Below are positions 55,874 to 64,000 of a stretch of 64,000 nucleotides of DNA, in pieces; within the stretch, counting starts at the first letter, position 1, and every line of letters starts with the position of its first letter. The position numbers and the translations under genes were made by a program. The DNA is taken from contig CAVVCZ010000007.1 of NCBI GenBank assembly GCA_963746845.1, positions 92,938-156,937 on the forward strand. The letters run 5' to 3'. Origin of the DNA: an uncultured Chloroflexia bacterium (lineage in GTDB: Bacteria; Chloroflexota; Limnocylindria; Limnocylindrales; CSP1-4). Below the pieces are notes generated by a model that did no database searches, had not been told where the DNA came from, and saw only the letters and a list, made by a program, of their open reading frames with translations.

Positions 55874-55954
55874 GCGCTGTTGCAGCGGGCGCGACGCGCT
55901 ATAATCCACAGGCCGGTCGTGTTAAAGGTATATGTGAGTTGAGGGGGCGTCGTT

Positions 55955-56335
55955 ATGGGTTTTCACAAGGGTCACCACGAGTTCCACACCCTCGACATGC
56001 AGGATGGCTGGCATCACGTGCCGGGCTATCCGCCGGGCTTTTCGGAGAAGATCCTCGCCGGCTCGCTCGACGTGAAGAACAAGCGCGGCAACCGCACCCG
56101 GCTGCTGCGCATCGAGGCGGGCGCGTACTCGACCGTGCCGTTCGTGCACGAGTACTGGGAAGAGGTGTTCCTGCTCTCGGGTGACCTGATCTGCGGCAAC
56201 GACGAGCAGGGCCTCGGCGGCGAGCAGTTCAAGGACTACACCTACGCGGTGCGGCCGCCCGGCGTCTATCACGGGCCGTTCACGTCGAAGACCGGCTGCC
56301 TGCTGCTCGAGACGCATTACTTCGACGAGGCGTAG
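55955..56335 (+). CDS. ChrR-like cupin domain protein
   Basis: RTRLLRI, FVHEYWEEV, YAVRPPGVYHGPF; TATAAT at 55900 and SD GAGGGG upstream. Confidence 0.85.
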   Translation: MGFHKGHHEFHTLDMQDGWHHVPGYPPGFSEKILAGSLDVKNKRGNRTRLLRIEAGAYSTVPFVHEYWEEVFLLSGDLICGNDEQGLGGEQFKDYTYAVRPPGVYHGPFTSKTGCLLLETHYFDEA

Positions 56336-56349
56336 CCTCAATGATCACG

Positions 56350-56502
56350 CGTCTTCCCGGGCGCAGCGCACCGCCATAACGCGTTTACGCGCGTCTTTAA
56401 CGCGCTATGTGGTGGGCTGCAGACCCGGGATCGTAACGGATACCGCCGGTACGAAGGTCCCGGATCGCGCGAGCGCTGACGCGCTCGCTGGTCCGGGACA
56501 CG
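56350..56502. repeat. REP/RIME-like palindromic elements of Hyphomicrobiales type
   Basis: aacgcgtttacgcgcgtctttaacgcgctatg and the GTCCCGGA..GCGAGCG..CGCTCGC..TCCGGGAC hairpin. Confidence 0.55.
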
Positions 56503-56511
56503 CGACTCCCC

Positions 56512-57258
56512 TCAATGCTCCAGCAGCAGCGAGCCGAAGCCGTCGATCTTGTCGTCGATGCCGTTCTGGCGCAGCGCCCACCAGTAGATGCAGGTGTTGA
56601 TCGCGAGCACCGGCTTGTCGAGCCAGAACTCGGCGATGCCGGCGAGCCGCGCCATCGCCAGATTGGTGCCGACCTGCATGATGGCGTCGACGTCCGGCCC
56701 GTTCGACCTCGATGATGGCGTCGCGCAGCTCGCGCTCGGTCACATGCGCGTACTGCACCGGGCTCGTGCCGCGCAGGCCCTTGAGCCGCACGATCTCGAA
56801 GCCGCAGTCGGTGAAGAAGCGCCGCACCTGCGCATCGCCGACCGGCATGTAGGGCGTGATCACCGCAATGCGCTTGGCGCCGTAGCGCTTGAGCGCCGCC
56901 TGCGAGGCATCCGAGCCCATGGCGACCTTGACGCCGGCGCGCTGCCTCGACCCGCTCCATCAGCCGCTGGCTGCCCTCGAGCCCGTCCCAGAACGTCTCC
57001 GACGACATGCCCATGACCAGGTAGTCGGGCTCGCAGGTCATCACCTGGTCGATGGTGTGCATCATCTCCTTGCGGATATTGCCGATCAGCACGTTGAAAT
57101 CGTCGTCGTTGCGGACCGGATCGTTCGGGATGATGGATGCGGCCGAAATGGTTGGTGACGCCGCGCGGCCGCATGGCGTCGAATTCCGGCTGCACCGAGG
57201 TGTTGGTCGAGGGCGCGATGACGGCGAATTTCCTGCGGAATCCGAGGGAGTCGGTCAT
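56512..57258 (-). CDS. Maleate isomerase / arylmalonate decarboxylase (Asp/Glu racemase) superfamily protein, frameshifted
   Basis: IAPSTNTSVQPEF, GMSSETFW, RIAVITPY, QVGTNL, PVLAIN. Confidence 0.85.
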
Positions 57259-57348
57259 GGCGCGGTCTTCGGCCGAGGTTGCTCGGCGAATGGCGCGCCG
57301 GCATGATAGGGTCTCGGCCGCACGGATACCAACAGGGAGCGGTCCGCC

Positions 57349-58834
57349 ATGCTGCGAACCGGGCAAGGAGCATCTCGAATCGCTGCGCGACGGCCGCGTC
57401 GTCTATGTCGGCGGCGAGCGGGTCGACGACGTCACCACGCCATCCGGCCTTCCGCAGCGCGGCCGGGACGGTGGCGGCGATCTACGACATGAAGGCCGAT
57501 CCGGCGAACCGCGACACCATGACCTACGAGGAGGACGGCGCCCGCCATTCGATCTATTTCCTGCGCGCCAAGACCCGCGACGACCTGCAGCGGCGCATGG
57601 ACGGCCACCGCAAGATCGCCGATTTCACCTACGGCATGTTCGGCCGCTCGCCCGACCACGTCGCCTCGTTCGTCACCGGCATGGCGATGAAGCCCGACGC
57701 GCTGACGCCGCCCTGCGGCCTCGCCGACAATCTCGCGCGCCTACTATCGCCACATCCGCGACAACGACACCTACGTGGTCTACGCGGTGGTGCCGCCGCA
57801 GGCCGCGCGCAATCCGGAATTCTATCAGAAGCAGAACATCCCGGTGCCGACGCTGCGCGTCGTGCGCGAGGACGACGACGGCGTCGTCATCTCCGGCATG
57901 AAGATGCTGGCGACCGGCGCGCTCTATGCCAACGAAATCTGGATCGGCAACGTCATCCCGCTCGCGCCCGACCAGAAGAAGGAGGCGATCACCTGCGCGA
58001 TCCCGTGCAACGCGCCGGGCCTGACGCTGTGGTCGCGCAAGCCGGCGGCCGCCGGCCTGACCTCGGAGTTCGATTCGCCGCTCGCCTGGCGCTACGACGA
58101 GAGCGACAGCATGCTGATGTGCGACAACGTCAAGGTGCCGTGGGAGCGCGTGTTCGTGCACGACGACGCGCTGCTGTCGCGCGACATCTACATCAAGACG
58201 CCGAGCCACTGCTTCGGCAATCATCAGTCGAACGTGCGCTACTGGTCGAAGATGCGGCTGCTGCTCGGGCTGTGCAGCAGGATCGCGCAATGCGACCGGC
58301 GCCGATCAGGTGCCGGCGGTGCGCGAGACGCTCGGCAAGATGGCGGCGGTCGAGGCGACCATCGGCGGCCTGGTGCACGGCCAGATCAACGCGTTCGAGA
58401 GCTGGCCCGACGGCTATGTCTGCTTCAACCGCCGCTTCATGTATGCGGGGCTCGACTGGTGCACGCAGAACTACAGCATGTTCATCGACGAGCTGCGCGA
58501 GCTGTGCGGCGGCGGCGTGTTCCAGATGCCGGCCGACATCTCGGTGATGGACGATCCCGAGCTCGCCAAGCAGTTCGCGACCTTCTGGCAGACGCCGCAG
58601 GCCGATGCGCTCACCCGCATGAAGCTGTTCAAGCTCGCCTGGGACATGGTCGGCTCGGAGTTCGCCGGCCGGCATCTGCAATACGAGAAATTCTACGCCG
58701 GCGCGTCGTTCATCATCCGCAACCACTCCTATCGCGAGACCGACTGGGGCGAGTTCAACAAGCTCGTCGACGACCTGATGGCGGGCTACGACATTCCGGA
58801 GGGCAAGGGGCAGGCCGGCAAGCGGGTCGCCTGA
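57349..58834 (+). CDS. 4-hydroxyphenylacetate 3-hydroxylase (HpaB)-family flavin monooxygenase, frameshifted
   Basis: MLRTGKEHLESLRDGR, GRSPDHVA, SGMKMLATG, YDESD, VPWERVF, LAWD..GSEFAGRH.QYEKFY. Confidence 0.9.
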
Positions 58835-58887
58835 CGGTGGCGCAACGCTGACCGCACGCCGATCGTTGCCGACTTCACTTCGCGCAC

Positions 58888-58929
58888 CTCATGCTGAGGA
58901 GCGACCGCAGGTCGCGTCTTGCAGCATGG
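58888..58929. repeat. RIME-like palindromic repeat
   Basis: CATGCTG-aggag-CGACC-gca-GGTCG-cgtcttg-CAGCATG resembles the catcctgaggagc..gcgtctcgaaggatg type repeats of Rhizobiales. Confidence 0.5.
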
Positions 58930-59289
58930 CCGCGCACCCTACGTGGGCCGTCATCCTCTTCGCGCCCTTCTTATCTGGATGAGGCCTGAGCAAATTCGGC
59001 CGACGCTACATATATGTGTGCTTTCGCCAAGTATGCCGCATGAGCGCACGGCGAACGTGCGACGCGGCTAATTCGATCGCAATTACTGTGGCGGCGAAGA
59101 CAGCGTCATGCACCCGTCAGCGAGTGTCATCGCCACGAACAAAACTTCAGCAAAGAAATCTTGCATGAAAACCTCTGTTCGATTATTCTGATTGTTTTTT
59201 CCGATCCAACGAAATTGGAATCGGGCTCGTTTGAGCAGTGACACGAAGGCGCCGGAATTGACCGGCGAAATGTGAGTAAGGGTGTTGCA

Positions 59290-60528
<1,239 letters not shown>

Positions 60529-60532
<4 letters not shown>

Positions 60533-61810
60533 TCGCGACGGCTTCCAGCCACGTGCCGGATTACGGCCGGCGGCGAATACGGTTGGAGCACTGCCCGGCC
60601 TGGCACATCTGCGCACCGCCGCGGCGGTGCGCGAACGCTGCCGCATGGTCCATGACTTTACGGCGGCCGGGCGCTCGACGCATTTCACCCTCAAGCAAAT
60701 CGCGCCTTGCCGCAGTCGCCGCTTACGTCGCGGAGGTGACGCGCGACGCCTATCCCGATCTGAACATTCCGTATCACAGCCGGTGGCGGCATTTCGCGGC
60801 GGGCGGCGTCGATCGCTGGCGCGGTTTCGAAGGTATCTTAATGCCGATCCCATCGAGCGGGCGCGCGCGGCGATTGATCTCGCGACCGTGAGCGTGCTGC
60901 TCGACGCCGGCGCCGGTGACGCCTGGCGTTATCGCGAGCCGGCAACCGGCCTGACGTTCTCGCGTTCCGAAGGGCTCGCGGTTGCGAGCCTCGACATGTT
61001 TGGCGCAGGCGGATTTTCCAGCGACCCGGATCGCCCGTGGCGCGCGGACGACGTGGCGCTTGAGAGGATCGGGCCCGAGTCCCTCGCCCGGTATTTTCAG
61101 GTCGGGCCGGACAATCCATTGGTTGGACTGGAGCAGCGCAGCCTGCTGCTGCGCCGCCTCGGGGGCAGCTCTCAAGAACCGTCCCGACTTGTTCGGCTCG
61201 GCGCCGGCGCGTCCCGGCAATCTGATCGATTATTTTCTGGGCACGTTCAGCGGCAATCGCATTCCGGCGGCGACGATCCTCGCCACGCTGCTCGACGGCC
61301 TGTCGTCGATCTGGCCGTCGGGCCTGATGCTGCGCGGCGTCCCCATCGGCGATGCGGGCCGCCACCCGGCGGTTCGCACCGGCGACGACACCGACCAGAT
61401 CGTGCCGTTTCACAAGCTGTCGCAGTGGTTGACCTATTCGCTCCTCGAACCGATCGAGCATGCAGGATTGACCGTGACCGGGCTCGACGAACTCACCGCC
61501 CTGCCGGAATATCGCAACGGCGGTCTGCTGATCGATCTCGGCGTGATCTGTCCTCGTCAGCCGATCGACCTGCGACGGCCCCACAAGGTGTCCTCGGAGA
61601 TCGTCGTCGAATGGCGCGCGCTGACCGTGGCGCTCATGGACCAATTGCTCGACGCCGTACGGCGCGAACTCGGCCTCGATCAGAGCGTTCACGATGCCGC
61701 AGATGCTGCAGGGCGGAACCTGGAGCGCCGGCCGGAAGATCGCGCTTGCGCTGCGGCCGCCGGGCGGCCCCTCGCCGCTACCGATCGTCGCGGATGGCAC
61801 GGTGTTCTGA
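60529..61810 (+). CDS. DUF1688 / URC4-Urg3 family protein, frameshifted
   Basis: IPYHSRWRHF, VSVLLDAGAG, RSEGLAVAS, FHKLSQWLTYSL, LPEYRNGGL, VEWRALTV, DGTVF. Confidence 0.9.
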
Positions 61811-61857
61811 CCGGACGCCTTGCTGCATGGGCATGCGCGATGCAATATCACGGCGGA

Positions 61858-63279
61858 ATGAATATCCCCAACCGTACCGCGACACGCTCCGACGCCATCG
61901 CGCGCGCCCATGCGCATTTCGACGATGGCGACTTCGTCGAGGCGCTACGCCGGCGGGTCGCGATTCCGAGCACCAGCCAGGAGCCGGAGCGCGCCGAGGC
62001 GCTGCGGGCCTATCTTCGCGACGAGATGGAGCCGGCGCTCGACGCCGCTCGGTTTCACGAGCCGCGATCTTCGAGAACCCGCAAGAGCAACGGCCCGCCG
62101 TTCCTGGTGGCCGAGCGGATCGAGGACCCGCGTTGCTCACCGTGCTGGTCTACGGCCACGGCGACACCGTCCGCGGGCTCGACGATCTGTGGCGGCTGGG
62201 ACTGGCGCCGTGGTCGCTCAAGGTCGAAGGCGATCGCATCTACGGCCGCGGCACCGCCGACAACAAGGGCCAGCACAGCATCAACATCGCAGCACTCGCG
62301 GCGGTGCTGCAGGAGCGCGGCAGGCTCGGCTTCAACGTCAAATTCCTGATCGAGATGGGTGAGGAAGTCGGCTCGGCCGGTCTGCGCGAGCTGTGCGAGC
62401 AGCACAAGGACGGCGCGCTCCGCGCCGACCTGCTGATCGCGTCCGACGGGCCGCGGATCGCGCCCGACAAGCCGACACTGTTTCTCGGCGCACGCGGCGG
62501 CCATCCGATCGACCTGATCGTCGACCTGCGCGAGGGCGGTCATCATTCCGGCAACTGGGGCGGCCTTCTCGCCAATCCCGGCATCGTGCTCGCGCAGGCG
62601 CTCGCCTGCATCACCGATGCGCGCGGCAGCGATCAAGGTGCCGGAATGGCGGCCGCCGCTGTCGCCAGTCGGTGCGGCTGCTGCTTGCCGGCGTCGAGGT
62701 CGATGGCGGCAGCGACGGCCCGGCGATCGATCGCGACTGGGGCGAACCGGGACTGACGCCGGCCGAGCGCGTGTTCGGCTGGAACAGCTTCGAGGTGCTC
62801 GCCTTCACCACCGGCACGCCGGAGCGGCCGGTGAACGCCATTCCCGGAAACGCGCGCGCGCACTGCCAGCTTCGCTACGTGGTCGGCACCGCGGTCGACG
62901 ACATCATCCCGGCGCTGCGCCGCCATCTCGACCGCAACGGTTTCACGAACGTCGAGGTGCGCGCCGGCCGCGAGCGGTTTCTTCAACGCCAGCCGGCTCG
63001 ACCCGGCCGATCCCTGGGTCACGTGGGTCGCGCAGCTCGATCGAACGCACCAGCGGCGCGCCGCCGACCATCCTGCCGAACCTCGGCGCCTCGCTGCCGA
63101 ATGACATCTTCGTCGACGTGCTCGGGCTCAAGACCATCTGGATCCCGCACTCCTACGCGGGATGCTCGCAGCATGCGCCCGACGAGCATCTGCTGGCGCC
63201 GATCGCGCGCGAAGGGCTCGGCCTGATGGCCGGACTTTTCTGGGATCTGGGCGAGCCCGACACGCCTCATCGCCGCTAA
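61858..63279 (+). CDS. M20 family metallopeptidase, frameshifted
   Basis: YGHGD, GRGTADNKGQ, EMGEE, ASDGP, HSGNWGG, QHAPDE. Confidence 0.9.
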
Positions 63280-63311
63280 GCCTGCGCAAAAGCTCTACCA
63301 AGGAAGCATCA

Positions 63312-64000
63312 ATGCCGGTCGGCGTATTCTTCGATGGATTCTCGTCCACCGCCGAAATGCTGGAGGTCTGCCGCGCGGCCGAAGCCGCCGGCGCTTCGAG
63401 CCTGTGGTTTGCGCAGCACATGGGCTACCGCGAGGCCATGGTCTGGGCGACCGCAGCCGCAAGCGTCACGCGGAGCGCGACGCTGGTGCCGACTGCCATC
63501 AGCCCCTATCTGTGGCCGCCGCTTCCGGTCGCCATGGCGATCGCAACGCTCGCCGAATTCGCGCAAGGCCGCGTCATTCTCAACGTGTCGGTCGGCAACA
63601 TCCTCAACCTCGCCGAGTTCGGCATCGAGCCGGTCAAGCCGATCCGCATCATGCGTGAATATGTCGAGGCGTTGCGCGCGCTTTGGACCGGAAAACCGGT
63701 CACTCAAGACGGCGAACTGCACAAGCTGCGCGGCGCCAAGATGGTATTCGACCAGGGGCGGCAGTATCCGATCTACATCGCCTCGACCGGTCCGCAGATG
63801 CTCAAGCTCGCCGGCGAGATCGCCGACGGCGTCCTGCTCTCCGCCGGCCTCACGCTGGCTTCGACCGCGCGTTGTCTTGAGCTGGCGCAAAGCGGCATCG
63901 CGCCAAGGCGCATGAATCGACGGCGCTGCGCAAGGCATCGTTCATCAACTTCCGAGTGTCGCATGACGGCGCGGCCGCGAAGCGGGCGATGCTGCAGAAG
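63312..64000 (+). CDS. LLM-class flavin-dependent oxidoreductase (partial)
   Basis: Manual translation: MPVGVFFDG..AEAAGASSLWFAQH..AMAIATLAE..GRVIL..PIYIASTGPQMLKLAGEIADGV. Confidence 0.85.
   Translation, partial: MPVGVFFDGFSSTAEMLEVCRAAEAAGASSLWFAQHMGYREAMVWATAAASVTRSATLVPTAISPYLWPPLPVAMAIATLAEFAQGRVILNVSVGNILNLAEFGIEPVKPIRIMREYVEALRALWTGKPVTQDGELHKLRGAKMVFDQGRQYPIYIASTGPQMLKLAGEIADGVLLSAGLTLASTARCLELAQSGIAPRRMNRRRCARHRSSTSECRMTARPRSGRCCR

Noticed and set aside
55045-56184. 379-aa ORF as a novel LLM-Bug/TctC fusion protein
   Set aside because: Both halves are truncated mid-domain, a cytoplasmic enzyme is joined to a periplasmic receptor, and composition shifts at the junction; best explained as an artefact
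58990-59280. AT-rich intergenic stretch as ncRNA or sigma54 promoter
   Set aside because: No correctly spaced GG-N10-GC consensus or recognisable RNA fold; treated as an ordinary promoter region

Overview
About 55.4 kb of a very GC-rich chromosome. Gene repertoire, Ser/Pro/Ala-rich lipoprotein linkers and promoter style suggest Chloroflexota, possibly Ca. Limnocylindria; this is pattern recognition, not a database result. At about 55,425-55,432, in mid-gene, it is joined to about 8.5 kb of apparently unrelated Hyphomicrobiales-like alphaproteobacterial DNA, probably a chimeric join. The first part holds a large phosphate/polyphosphate locus: ppk1, a CYTH-CHAD protein, ppx, pstSCAB-phoU, two ArsC/LMW-PTP paralogs, sixA, GDPD, an EEP enzyme, a PhoR-like kinase and a separated PhoP/RegX3-like regulator with candidate 11-bp-period PHO boxes. 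It also carries an MtrAB-LpqB-like triad, housekeeping genes (proS, gltX, upp, a DEAD-box helicase), two orphan J-domain proteins, an ECF sigma/kelch anti-sigma pair and a pyrimidine-utilisation cluster. Three proteins with apparently lost active or metal sites stand out. (1) An ATP-dependent DNA-ligase domain lacks its catalytic residues but starts with QLSLPL, the Hda-type beta-clamp-binding motif, making it a candidate ImuB-like scaffold. (2) A Cys-to-Ser ArsC paralog is translationally coupled to phoU and sits in tandem with an intact ArsC, a candidate phosphate/arsenate sensor. (3) A DtxR-family regulator with a degenerate metal site is coupled to gltX. Many genes appear leaderless. Frameshifts cluster at about 13.2-17.2 kb, 20-20.9 kb and beyond 55.4 kb and look like long-read indel errors. 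No tRNA, rRNA, CRISPR array or transposase was seen.
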